Sequence record: NC_029091.1
Source of the DNA: Escherichia phage APCEc01
Length of the DNA stretch: 64,000 bases
Direction: 5' to 3' (one strand)
A program made the position numbers and the translations under genes. The notes beneath the pieces are model-generated. The model saw only the letters and a program-made list of their open reading frames with translations, ran no database searches and was not told the DNA's origin. Shown piece after piece: positions 29,063 to 37,966 of this stretch (the first letter of the stretch is position 1; every line of letters starts with the position of its first letter).

Positions 29063-29406
29063 CCAAAATGTTGGCTTTAATAGTTGGCTTGGTTTCATTT
29101 AACGCTCTTGCTAATACTACATATACTGATGTAACGGAGTATACAAACAGAACGGCGTCTGATTACTGTGGTAAAAGTCAAGAGTGTAAAGTAGATTTTT
29201 CACAAAAATTGTTATATGCGTATAAAGACGGAGAAAAAGACGGGGCGTCTAGTAGGTTCAAGGCGTCTACCTTAATTAAAAGATACTATAAAAAATGGCA
29301 AATATTAGAATGCTCGGTGGCGGAACCTAAAGATAAGGCAGCATGCAATTCTATGGTGGACCGTCTAGTTGACTCTTATAATAGAGGACTTGCAGCAAGT
29401 GATTAA
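29059..29406 (+). CDS. small secreted protein (Vs-like by position)
   Basis: 115 aa with signal peptide, several Cys; adjacent to regB. Confidence 0.5.
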   Translation: MTKMLALIVGLVSFNALANTTYTDVTEYTNRTASDYCGKSQECKVDFSQKLLYAYKDGEKDGASSRFKASTLIKRYYKKWQILECSVAEPKDKAACNSMVDRLVDSYNRGLAASD

Positions 29407-29866
29407 AAACTATATCAAGGGCGATATTGTCGCCCTGTTTTCTAAAGGTAATAATATTGCTCATGGGTGTAATTGTTTTCATACAATGGGCGCGGGTGTG
29501 GCAGGACAATTAGCAAAGGCTTATCCAAAAATTCTGGAAGCCGATAAACTTCAAACCGAATTCGGAGACGAGTCTAAACTCGGGACTTATTCGGTTTATG
29601 AAAAATATTTTAAGACCCATAAAGCTTATTGCTTTAATCTTTATACACAGTTTGAGCCGGGACCTAATTTTGAGTACTCTGCTTTAATGAATTGTATAAT
29701 AGAATTAAATGAATTCGGAAAGAATAAGATAATAAAGCCTGTAATTTATATGCCAAGAATTGGTGCAGGTATTGGTGGTGGAAACTGGGATGTCATCGAA
29801 GAGATTTTAGATACGTATTCTACTAAACTAGAAATTGTGATTGTTGATTGGGAACCGTTATTATGA
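29399..29866 (+). CDS. macro-domain protein (ADP-ribose binding/processing)
   Basis: KGDIVALFSKGNNIAHGCNCFHTMGAGVAGQLAKAYP matches the macro-domain pattern GDI...N..N...GxGVxG.L..A; no in-frame ATG near the N-terminus, GTG at 29399 assumed. Confidence 0.5.
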   Translation: MIKNYIKGDIVALFSKGNNIAHGCNCFHTMGAGVAGQLAKAYPKILEADKLQTEFGDESKLGTYSVYEKYFKTHKAYCFNLYTQFEPGPNFEYSALMNCIIELNEFGKNKIIKPVIYMPRIGAGIGGGNWDVIEEILDTYSTKLEIVIVDWEPLL

Positions 29867-30075
29867 ATATACATTATCCACATCCATATGACCCAAAGAA
29901 TAAGGCAGTAATTATTCGTCAATGGGAACGCATTTGTCGTACCAAATGTCCAATTAATAGTCCACATGATGTAGATAAAGACTACATCGGAACATTCGTT
30001 GAATATACCTTTATTGATAAGAAAGGCCGTAAACAACATGTAGAAGAATATTGCTTAAAGGTGACATGGCTATGA
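29863..30075 (+). CDS. hypothetical protein
   Basis: 70 aa, start overlaps upstream stop. Confidence 0.45.
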   Translation: MNIHYPHPYDPKNKAVIIRQWERICRTKCPINSPHDVDKDYIGTFVEYTFIDKKGRKQHVEEYCLKVTWL

Positions 30076-30278
30076 GTCAAACAAAAATTCTTACAGGTGC
30101 TAAATGCGAAAAATGCGAATGGCCTGTAGTTTTTGCTTTATGCAATGACGAAATGGCTTGTGATTTTGATTATTGGTGTTACTGTTCGAACAAAGGTTGT
30201 AGCAATCATAAAGGTGAAGGGTTTTACTCAGGATTTTACCCTTACCCAGATTTCGTTAAAGAAGGTGAACCTAAATGA
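30072..30278 (+). CDS. small Cys-rich (zinc-binding) protein
   Basis: 68 aa with CEKCEW...CNDEMACDFDYWCYCSNKGC. Confidence 0.5.
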   Translation: MSQTKILTGAKCEKCEWPVVFALCNDEMACDFDYWCYCSNKGCSNHKGEGFYSGFYPYPDFVKEGEPK

Positions 30279-30457
30279 AATTGACTAAAGAAGAGAAAAC
30301 TAAACTGTTCGAACTTATCCATGACCTATTGGATGAGCAAGCAGCCACCAATGCGTACGATGAATATGCTCCTTTGACGGACGAAGAATATCAAGCATTG
30401 TTGGAATCATTTGACAGGAAAGAACAAGAACTCATTGACTATGTGAATTCACTATAA
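30275..30457 (+). CDS. hypothetical acidic protein
   Basis: 60-aa ORF. Confidence 0.4.
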   Translation: MKLTKEEKTKLFELIHDLLDEQAATNAYDEYAPLTDEEYQALLESFDRKEQELIDYVNSL

Positions 30458-30466
30458 GGGACTCTT

Positions 30467-31048
30467 ATGGCTAGTTTAATTTTTACCTATGCCGCTATGA
30501 ACGCTGGTAAGTCTGCTTCATTACTTACTGCTGCACATAACTATAAAGAACGTGGCATGGGTGTATTAGTTCTTAAACCGGCTATTGATACTCGCGATTC
30601 AAAAGGTGAAATAGTCTCTCGTATTGGTATTCGTCAGGATGCCAATATAATTACAAAAGACATGGATATCTTTGAATTTTATAAATGGGCTGCAGCACAA
30701 AAGGATATTCATTGTGTATTTGTTGACGAAGCTCAGTTCTTAACTACTGAAAAGGTGTATCAACTTAGTCGTATTGTTGACGTGTACAATGTGCCGGTAA
30801 TGGCATATGGACTACGAACAGATTTTAAAGGTAATCTATTTGAAGGTTCTCAAGCATTAATGGCTATTGCCGATAAGCTTGTTGAACTTAAAGGTGTCTG
30901 TCATTGTGGTAAAAAGGCCACAATGGTAGCTAGAGTCACGGAAGACGGACTTCCAATTACAGATGGCAGTCAAATTGAAATTGGTGATACCGATAGATAT
31001 GTGTCATTATGCCGGAAGCATTGGAATGATTTGACAGGGTTGTTATAA
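30467..31048 (+). CDS. tk: thymidine kinase
   Basis: 193 aa, P-loop MNAGKSASLL, VDEAQF, C-terminal CHCGKKAT...LCRKH zinc site. Confidence 0.92.
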   Translation: MASLIFTYAAMNAGKSASLLTAAHNYKERGMGVLVLKPAIDTRDSKGEIVSRIGIRQDANIITKDMDIFEFYKWAAAQKDIHCVFVDEAQFLTTEKVYQLSRIVDVYNVPVMAYGLRTDFKGNLFEGSQALMAIADKLVELKGVCHCGKKATMVARVTEDGLPITDGSQIEIGDTDRYVSLCRKHWNDLTGLL

Positions 31049-31075
31049 ATACTAATATCTAACCAAGAGGTATAT

Positions 31076-31288
31076 ATGCAGCAATTAAACGAAAGACAAC
31101 TTCGTAATCTTACTGTAACCCAATTAGATGAAATCCGAAGAGAATTAGGACATTCTATTTCTCATTTAAACGAGGATATCCGTCAAACTGGTTCTAAAGC
31201 TGATTATACACGCAAGCGCAAGCTGGAAAAATACCTCACAGATGTTAAGGCCGTCCAAAGGCGAAAAATAAATACTGGCCAAAATTAA
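31076..31288 (+). CDS. hypothetical basic protein
   Basis: 70-aa ORF. Confidence 0.45.
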   Translation: MQQLNERQLRNLTVTQLDEIRRELGHSISHLNEDIRQTGSKADYTRKRKLEKYLTDVKAVQRRKINTGQN

Positions 31289-31300
31289 CAGGAGGCCTAT

Positions 31301-31603
31301 ATGGCCTTAAGAGCGATAGCTGTCATAGCGATGCTGGGGTTTTTTGCAGCAACAACTCCTATCGTTGGTACTGCACATATCGACCCATATTTTGATAACT
31401 TTATGGAATCAGGGATTAAAAACGTATATACTTTGTTTGAAATTCAAAATGTCGAGAATTCTGAAAAATTCTATAAGTATATGGCAAAGCATTACAAAAA
31501 TAGCCCCTGTGATGATGCATTTGAATGTCATGAACAAGGCATAAAAACTGCCAGACAATTTGCCGAGTTCATGAAAATAAAATTAGAGCCTACATCTATC
31601 TAA
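31301..31603 (+). CDS. rI: lysis inhibition regulator rI
   Basis: 100 aa, N-terminal membrane anchor, ...DPYFDNFMESGIKNVYTLFE...CDDAFEC..., close to T4 RI. Confidence 0.88.
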   Translation: MALRAIAVIAMLGFFAATTPIVGTAHIDPYFDNFMESGIKNVYTLFEIQNVENSEKFYKYMAKHYKNSPCDDAFECHEQGIKTARQFAEFMKIKLEPTSI

Positions 31604-31609
31604 TTTACT

Positions 31610-31637
31610 AGCCCCTTCCGAAAGGTTGGGGCTTTTT
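31610..31637 (+). terminator. intrinsic terminator, near-copy of the 15372 element
   Basis: TAGCCCCTTCCGAAAGGTTGGGGCTTTTT. Confidence 0.7.
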
Positions 31638-31648
31638 GGCATCTATCA

Positions 31649-31700
31649 GTTTACTTCTCCTCAGGTTGTGTTATAGTAAACCTTACTTACTAGAGGAGAA
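31649..31700 (+). promoter_or_regulatory. early promoter with stem-loop
   Basis: GTTTACT at 31649-31655, TATAGT at 31672-31677, inverted repeat TTCTCCTC/GAGGAGAA. Confidence 0.55.
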
Positions 31701-31704
31701 CGTT

Positions 31705-31884
31705 ATGTCACGTAAAGAAAAAATTTCTAAGTTAATGTTTTTGATTGAAGAGTACGCTAATGCGGTATCTGATTGGGAAAATGCTCATGGTTGCGAAGAT
31801 GGAGACATCGACATTAACAGAGCTATGAAAAAGATGGCTGAAGCCCACACCGAATTGCAAATGTATGTTAACGAGATTATGTGA
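31705..31884 (+). CDS. hypothetical small protein
   Basis: 59-aa product from ATG after AGAGGAGAA. Confidence 0.45.
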   Translation: MSRKEKISKLMFLIEEYANAVSDWENAHGCEDGDIDINRAMKKMAEAHTELQMYVNEIM

Positions 31885-31891
31885 GGATATT

Positions 31892-32098
31892 ATGCTTTAC
31901 GATTATACTGGAAAATCTGAAGACGGTGTACTTGAACTTTTACCTGAAAGCGCTGAAGATGATGATACGGTGGTGATGTTTTGTAAAAATGGCCCTGGGG
32001 ATAAGGGATGGATTTATCTTCGTCAAGAAAATGACTTAATTGTTTTGGGCCCAAAACAAGTTGAAGAACTTTATCAACATTTAAAACACAATCGGTAG
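31892..32098 (+). CDS. hypothetical acidic protein
   Basis: 68-aa product. Confidence 0.45.
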   Translation: MLYDYTGKSEDGVLELLPESAEDDDTVVMFCKNGPGDKGWIYLRQENDLIVLGPKQVEELYQHLKHNR

Positions 32099-32140
32099 TT
32101 TACATCTTGGTAGGACTATGTTATAGTAGTCCTATCAAAA
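32098..32140 (+). promoter_or_regulatory. early promoter with stem-loop, repeat family A
   Basis: GTTTACA at 32098-32104, TATAGT at 32122-32127, palindrome TAGGACTAT...ATAGTAGTCCTAT. Confidence 0.6.
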
Positions 32141-32443
32141 CAAACGGAGAACAAAATGAAACTTTTGCTTATCGCTTATGTTGTAGTACAATACAATTAT
32201 CCGATGTTTACTTATAACATGGTAAACGGCATAGTGAATCTTATTGAAACGAGTATGGTAAAATGACCCGTGAACAAGCTAATAAATTGATGGAACTTAT
32301 CCGTAACTTACGTGAAGCCGATTCAGATTTGAATGATGTAGCTTATCATGCAGTAAATGATAACGAAGACTTTTATGAAAATCAGGTTGATGCTTGTCTG
32401 AATGATTTGGTGAATTTTGTTGAAACTTTAATTGGTGAATAAT

Positions 32444-32974
32444 ATGAAAACTGTAATTGAAACAACCGAGTTGTTTGGCGATTTATGTATCGAAAAACGT
32501 GGTTATGCTTACGTTCTGACACAAGAAGATGATGCTGTTACTATTCTTCCTATGGAACTGGACAAGATTTTGAAACTCAATCCGCCCGGCCATGCATCTG
32601 TAATTAACATTGATGAAGACCTTCAAGTTCGTTTTTATCACGGTCTTTATAGTGGGGTTAATATCGAAACAGAAGATGAATGCCTTTCTATCAATAATTG
32701 GAAAACATTCGTCACTAAGGTGAAAGAATTCATAGAATCTGAAACTGCCAAAAAGGCCAAACTTCAATGGGCTAAATGCCGTAATGCTTTTATTACAAAT
32801 CAGGACCGCCCTGACTATACAACAGTCCTAGGCGTTAATCCTTCTTATGAAGACGGTGATGTCGTAGTTATTCGCCAAATTGATGACCTTCGTCAACATA
32901 TCATTACATTAGACAAAGATGAAGCAGTTGCTCTTAAAGCTTATCTTGATTCTATTATCCCAACCTTGAAATAA
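32444..32974 (+). CDS. hypothetical protein
   Basis: 176-aa product. Confidence 0.5.
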   Translation: MKTVIETTELFGDLCIEKRGYAYVLTQEDDAVTILPMELDKILKLNPPGHASVINIDEDLQVRFYHGLYSGVNIETEDECLSINNWKTFVTKVKEFIESETAKKAKLQWAKCRNAFITNQDRPDYTTVLGVNPSYEDGDVVVIRQIDDLRQHIITLDKDEAVALKAYLDSIIPTLK

Positions 32975-32984
32975 GGAAATTATT

Positions 32985-33458
32985 ATGATTATCAATGAAA
33001 ACTCTTGGCACTTTAAAATTTATGCCGCGTTCAATAGTACATGGAATCGTCCGAAAACGTTGTGTGCTTATTTTTGGAAAACGCTAATCCCGGTATTGGC
33101 TGCTTCAATTATTGGATTTGCGATTTTAGCAGCAGTCACAATCATTGGCCAGGAAATTTTAACTAAATTCTTTGTTTTTAGCAGTCTATGGACATTAGTT
33201 CCAGCCTCAATTGGTGTAGGCATTTTGATTGTAGCAGTCATGGCTTTTATTGCTACCGGGTTGGTAATTGGTCCGTCTTGGTTGTTAGACAAATATAACG
33301 ACAGAAAATATTATAAAGAAATTGAGCTCATTGCGCAAAACCAAGAACGAATTAAAAATGGACTTGAGCCTATTGAACGTAAGAAATCATTAATAGGCGA
33401 ATACCTTAAAGCTCGTAAAGAAAAAGTCTGTCCTACTCTTGAATATAAGGCTAAATGA
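32985..33458 (+). CDS. hypothetical membrane protein
   Basis: 157 aa with three hydrophobic segments. Confidence 0.5.
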   Translation: MIINENSWHFKIYAAFNSTWNRPKTLCAYFWKTLIPVLAASIIGFAILAAVTIIGQEILTKFFVFSSLWTLVPASIGVGILIVAVMAFIATGLVIGPSWLLDKYNDRKYYKEIELIAQNQERIKNGLEPIERKKSLIGEYLKARKEKVCPTLEYKAK

Positions 33459-34444
33459 TGAAAACAATTATGAAAGGCTACTTTGGTAGCCACCTTTATG
33501 GAACGTCTACTCCTGAATCTGACGTCGATTTTAAAGAAATTTATGTCCCTCATGCTCGTGATATCTTGACCGGTAACGTTAAAGAACACATGAGCAAGAA
33601 CACGAATAACACATCTTCTAAGAACACAAAAGACGACGTGGACCATGAGTTATATAGTCTCAAATATTTCTTTAAACTAGCTGCGGATGGTGAAACCGTC
33701 GCATTAGATATGCTTCACACTCCACAAAGTCTAGTAGTTAAATCTGATTTGCCTGATGTATGGAAGTATATTCAAGATAACAGGTCTCGTTTCTATACCA
33801 CTAACATGAAATCTTATTTAGGGTATGTCCGTAAGCAAGCTTCTAAATACGGTGTCAAGGGTTCTCGACTGGCCGTTCTTCGTCAAGCCCTTAAACGTTC
33901 TAATGAATGGGGACAATACTTTGATAATGGTGCAGTAATTCGTTTATCACATATGAAGAATGTTCTGCCCGTAGGTGAATTTGCTTCGTGGGTTGAAACC
34001 GAAAACAAGAAAACAGGTAAGCAAACATTCTATAATCTGTTAGACCGTAAATTCCAAGATACGTTAACCAATAAAGAGTTCAATGCCATCCTGGTTAAAC
34101 TTGAAGAGAACTATGGCGAACGTGCTCGTAAGGCAGAAGCCAACGAAGGTATTGACTGGAAAGCATTGAGTCATGCATGTCGTGGTGGACTTCAATTATT
34201 GGAAATTTACAAAACCGGCGACCTGGTTTACCCACTTCAGGATGCTCCATTTATTCTCGATGTTAAGCTTGGTAAACATACGTTTAAAACTGTACAAGAA
34301 TTCCTAGAAGATATCGTTGACCAAGTTGAACATGCGTCAGAACAAGCCGCTAAGAACGGTATGCAACAAAAAGTAGATATGAGTTTCTGGGATGATTTCC
34401 TTGAGCAAGTCTATCTCGAAAATCATAATTCTTACTATAAATAA
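33455..34444 (+). CDS. predicted nucleotidyltransferase (Pol-beta-like fold)
   Basis: 329 aa; N-terminal GYFGSHLYGTSTPESDVDF is the classic G-S-x(9-13)-D-x-D signature. Confidence 0.6.
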   Translation: MMKTIMKGYFGSHLYGTSTPESDVDFKEIYVPHARDILTGNVKEHMSKNTNNTSSKNTKDDVDHELYSLKYFFKLAADGETVALDMLHTPQSLVVKSDLPDVWKYIQDNRSRFYTTNMKSYLGYVRKQASKYGVKGSRLAVLRQALKRSNEWGQYFDNGAVIRLSHMKNVLPVGEFASWVETENKKTGKQTFYNLLDRKFQDTLTNKEFNAILVKLEENYGERARKAEANEGIDWKALSHACRGGLQLLEIYKTGDLVYPLQDAPFILDVKLGKHTFKTVQEFLEDIVDQVEHASEQAAKNGMQQKVDMSFWDDFLEQVYLENHNSYYK

Positions 34445-34475
34445 ATAGATAAATAACCATTAACTTGAGGTAAAT

Positions 34476-34742
34476 ATGAAAAAATTAGTAATTGGTTTAT
34501 TCGCGGTAATGATGGCATTCTCTGTTGGTGCTACCACGGGCGCAGGAGCTGATGGTAACCAGTCTTCTGCGCCTTCTAACGGTTCGGTAAATGCATCACA
34601 TTCTCAGGGTATTGAGAACATTAAATCAAGCTATATTAATAGCACGGCCGGACAAGCAACTGAAGCATGGTCAAAGGGTCGAGTAGTTACTCGCTCTGTA
34701 TTCTGTGATATGCCTAATTATGTTGCTAAGTGTGATAAGTAA
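34476..34742 (+). CDS. small secreted protein
   Basis: 88 aa with signal peptide MKKLVIGLFAVMMAFSVGA. Confidence 0.5.
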   Translation: MKKLVIGLFAVMMAFSVGATTGAGADGNQSSAPSNGSVNASHSQGIENIKSSYINSTAGQATEAWSKGRVVTRSVFCDMPNYVAKCDK

Positions 34743-34746
34743 ATGT

Positions 34747-34766
34747 GGGGACCTTCGGGTCCCTTT
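34747..34766 (+). terminator. intrinsic terminator-like hairpin (UUCG loop)
   Basis: GGGGACC-TTCG-GGTCCC then TTT. Confidence 0.55.
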
Positions 34767-34793
34767 AGGGGGTTAAAATATTTTTAAAAAGTA

Positions 34794-34830
34794 GTGTACA
34801 TGCTTTTAGGATATGATACTATAGACCTAT
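34794..34830 (+). promoter_or_regulatory. early promoter
   Basis: GTGTACA at 34794-34800, TACTAT at 34817-34822. Confidence 0.5.
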
Positions 34831-34860
34831 CGAAACGAAATGAGTAAATTGGAGAATAAA

Positions 34861-35841
34861 ATGTTCAACGTTCAAATCAAAAAAGGTATCTATCGTAATA
34901 ACGAAATCTCTGGTTCTTATGTTGCCACAAAGACCTGGTTCCCGGCAAAGCTTAATCCTGAATGTTCCCACTTAGGTGATGGTAAAATTTTCGTTATTAT
35001 TGATGGTTCTGAACGTGGAGTATGGGTCTTCAAATCAGACATCGTAATGGAAGGAGTTGAGACATCACCAGTTGCAGTTGTTGAAAGCACTGAAGATATG
35101 AAAACCCGTATCAACAAACGCTTTAAAGTAATGAACATGATGACGAATGGTATTATCGATGGCAAAATTCGTTCACTCATTATTTCAGGTGCAGCTGGTA
35201 TTGGTAAGACGTATTCTCTGGATAAAGCACTTAATAATGCTAATGATAATGGTTTCATCAAATACAAAAGCATTAATGGTAAAATCTCTGGTATTGGCCT
35301 TTACGAACAACTTTGGCTCAACCGTGATGCAGACAGCGTTCTCTTAATCGATGACGTTGACGTATTCTCAGATATGGACATCCTGAACCTTCTTAAAGCA
35401 GCATTAGATACCGGAGATAAACGCAAAGTTTGTTGGAGCACTGCGTCATCTTATCTCGAGGATAAGGGTATTGATAAAGAATTTGAGTTTGAAGGTACTA
35501 TCGTTTTCATTACAAACGTTGATATCGATAAAGAGTTAGAACGGGGTTCGAAACTTGCTCCACATCTTCAAGCTTTAGTATCTCGTTCAGTGTATCTCGA
35601 CCTTGGAGTACACTCTAATGAAGAGATTATGGTTCGAGTTGAAGATGTAATATTATCTACTGACATGATGCAGAAACGTGGTCTGACGGATGCAGAAACG
35701 TATAAAGCATTGTCCTGGATGAAGGCTAACGTATCTCGTCTTCGCAATGTATCATTACGTACGGCTCTTTATGTAGCAGATTTTATTTCAACTGATAAAG
35801 ATGGTTGGGAGGAAATCTCTGAAGTAACTTTACTGAAATAA
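34861..35841 (+). CDS. AAA+/P-loop ATPase
   Basis: 326-aa product; Walker A ISGAAGIGKT, Walker B SVLLIDDVD. Confidence 0.65.
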   Translation: MFNVQIKKGIYRNNEISGSYVATKTWFPAKLNPECSHLGDGKIFVIIDGSERGVWVFKSDIVMEGVETSPVAVVESTEDMKTRINKRFKVMNMMTNGIIDGKIRSLIISGAAGIGKTYSLDKALNNANDNGFIKYKSINGKISGIGLYEQLWLNRDADSVLLIDDVDVFSDMDILNLLKAALDTGDKRKVCWSTASSYLEDKGIDKEFEFEGTIVFITNVDIDKELERGSKLAPHLQALVSRSVYLDLGVHSNEEIMVRVEDVILSTDMMQKRGLTDAETYKALSWMKANVSRLRNVSLRTALYVADFISTDKDGWEEISEVTLLK

Positions 35842-35979
35842 GCTTATAGGAAGTTCTGAGGTAACAAAAGCCATAAAGATGAATAATCATATGGCTTACC
35901 TCAAAGAAGGACACCAGGAACCTACTGAGGGCATAGAAATATTTAAAAATAATGATGTACAAATCAAAGAGGATATGTT

Positions 35980-36267
35980 ATGGATTTTATGCAAAAAATT
36001 AAAGCCGCAGTCGAACTCTATGCTCATCGTATGGTTAGTTCTACAATGCAATATAGCGAGGAGGTTCGCCAGGACTCTTCCTTGAAAGGAAAAACTAAAG
36101 CCTTAATTACCTTAGATCGTTTGCAAAAGAATGCCATAGAGATGCTCCAGTACGACAAGGGTGTATATAAGAAAGAACAGGAAGAGAAACTTAAATCTGA
36201 AAAATTACAAAAAATCCCGAAGTCTGTTTGGTTCAGTGGAAAAAATACCGAAAAAAGTTTCTTTTAG
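35980..36267 (+). CDS. hypothetical protein
   Basis: 95-aa ORF; start uncertain. Confidence 0.4.
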   Translation: MDFMQKIKAAVELYAHRMVSSTMQYSEEVRQDSSLKGKTKALITLDRLQKNAIEMLQYDKGVYKKEQEEKLKSEKLQKIPKSVWFSGKNTEKSFF

Positions 36268-36269
36268 TT

Positions 36270-36310
36270 GTTTACAAGGTCTATGGTTATGTTATTATAG
36301 ACCTATCAAC
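36270..36310 (+). promoter_or_regulatory. early promoter with stem-loop
   Basis: GTTTACA at 36270-36276, TATTAT at 36293-36298, inverted repeat AGGTCTAT/ATAGACCT. Confidence 0.55.
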
Positions 36311-36325
36311 TACTGGAGGTAAAAC

Positions 36326-36853
36326 ATGAACGCTAAAGATATTTTCAACCTGGTAAATTATAACGACGGTAAATTTAAATCTGAAGCACAAAGCAAGTTC
36401 TTTAATGACGTTGCTTATGGTAACGAGATTACCGTGGACGGAGGTCAGATTTTCAAATCTCGCTGGAATTGGATTGTTATCATCGATTCAGTTGGAATTG
36501 TGGAAGTCTACAAAAACACTAACAAAAAACGTACATTATTCTGGTCTCGTGAAACTAACGAGCAGTACAAAAAGGATAAAGCATCTCGTTTATCCAAAGT
36601 AACCCAGGAAGATATCGAGTTTATCAAGAAAGATATCGAGATGTACGAAAATTTAATCGCTGAAGACCAGGCAGTACTCGATAAGTTTGATGAAATTAAA
36701 GCTTCTCGTGAAATCCCTGACTTCATGAAAGAAACAGTAAACGAACGATACGCTCTCACTTCAGAACGTATTGCAAACTATACAAAACAGAAAGCAGAAC
36801 GTATTAGTACTCTTCGGAAATTTGAAGAACGTTTAAAGACGGTTCACGCATAA
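36326..36853 (+). CDS. hypothetical protein
   Basis: 175-aa ORF. Confidence 0.55.
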   Translation: MNAKDIFNLVNYNDGKFKSEAQSKFFNDVAYGNEITVDGGQIFKSRWNWIVIIDSVGIVEVYKNTNKKRTLFWSRETNEQYKKDKASRLSKVTQEDIEFIKKDIEMYENLIAEDQAVLDKFDEIKASREIPDFMKETVNERYALTSERIANYTKQKAERISTLRKFEERLKTVHA

Positions 36854-36881
36854 ACGCTTTACCCAAGGACGGGTTATAATG
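36851..36881 (+). promoter_or_regulatory. MotA-dependent middle promoter candidate
   Basis: MotA-box-like AAACGCTTTA, 13 nt, then TATAAT at 36875-36880. Confidence 0.5.
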
Positions 36882-36915
36882 GTTTTGAGTTCCAATTCAA
36901 TCTGAGGAAATAGTT

Positions 36916-37911
36916 ATGAGCATTACATCTGATGCGGTAAAACATGAAATTAACGGTTTATGTGCTTCACAGATTAAAGTATGGTTTAAAGACCATAACG
37001 ATCGCAGAGCACTTAATTATGAGCAAATTGCTATCCAAGTTCATCAATTACTGACTAGTAAATTTGATTTTCATATGCCGTCTGAAATCTATACTAATCT
37101 GCCGCGAGCACTTATTAAAGCGTGTAAAGGTTATGGAAAATCAATGGCTGATGGAATCTTCAGCGCGCTGAATAAACTTAACGTTCTGTCGATGATTAAC
37201 TCTAACAACATCCTGCGTAATCTAGGACGTACTGATTTGTTCGGCCGTGAACAGGGTAAAATGCCTTTGAAATGGATTGTTGCTCATCTTAACGAGAACC
37301 AAACACGTTTTATGGCCGTAACAGCACGTTTACAAATGGGCCTAGATCGTCAGATGAACTTTAAAACTCATCCATGTTATTCAGGTTCAACAAACTTTTA
37401 TAAATGTGAGCTTCAAAAGGTCGGTGGCAAAACCGTCTTAGTAGTTCGTGTAACGTTTGAAGGACGACGTCAAGGATATTTTGACATAATCGGCTCTGGA
37501 CTTAAACATTGTGGATTTATCGACGAAGTTGATATCAAGCGAGACGGCGTTGGATACCGTATTGGGTATGTTTGTACTCTTAAAGAAGAGATTTCAGGAC
37601 CAGCTCCAGGACTAAAAGACGTTAGATATAAAGACGAGCTCGTTGAAGAAATAAAAGAAGTTGAATATGATATCAACCAAGAAGATGCTCTTAAAGACCT
37701 TATTGATGAACTGAACCAAGACGTTATTCCGGTTCAGAAATTTGAATCAAAACATGCTGAGCAAATCAAATACTTTGAAGCTTTGATTAACGAACTTAAT
37801 GTAACTATTCAACAGACTGACGATGAAATCTCACGATTAGCAGGCTTAAACGGTAAAAATAAAACAGAACGAGCTAATCTTATTCAAGTAGTAAAACTTC
37901 TTAAGGAATGA
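36916..37911 (+). CDS. hypothetical protein with C-terminal coiled coil
   Basis: 331-aa ORF. Confidence 0.55.
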   Translation: MSITSDAVKHEINGLCASQIKVWFKDHNDRRALNYEQIAIQVHQLLTSKFDFHMPSEIYTNLPRALIKACKGYGKSMADGIFSALNKLNVLSMINSNNILRNLGRTDLFGREQGKMPLKWIVAHLNENQTRFMAVTARLQMGLDRQMNFKTHPCYSGSTNFYKCELQKVGGKTVLVVRVTFEGRRQGYFDIIGSGLKHCGFIDEVDIKRDGVGYRIGYVCTLKEEISGPAPGLKDVRYKDELVEEIKEVEYDINQEDALKDLIDELNQDVIPVQKFESKHAEQIKYFEALINELNVTIQQTDDEISRLAGLNGKNKTERANLIQVVKLLKE

Positions 37912-37950
37912 TGTACAACCAAGGATGGTTGGAGTATAATAAATTTTTCA
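37911..37950 (+). promoter_or_regulatory. early promoter with stem-loop, repeat family B
   Basis: TGTACA -35, TATAAT at 37935-37940; 32 bp (ACAACCAAGGATGGTTGGAGTATAATAAATTT) identical to 38911-38942. Confidence 0.55.
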
Positions 37951-37966
37951 ACATGAGGAATATAAA

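Noticed and set aside
35879-36085. 68-aa ORF overlapping the start of 35980..36267
   Set aside because: No RBS, overlaps the neighbouring ORF in another frame; at most one of the two is real.
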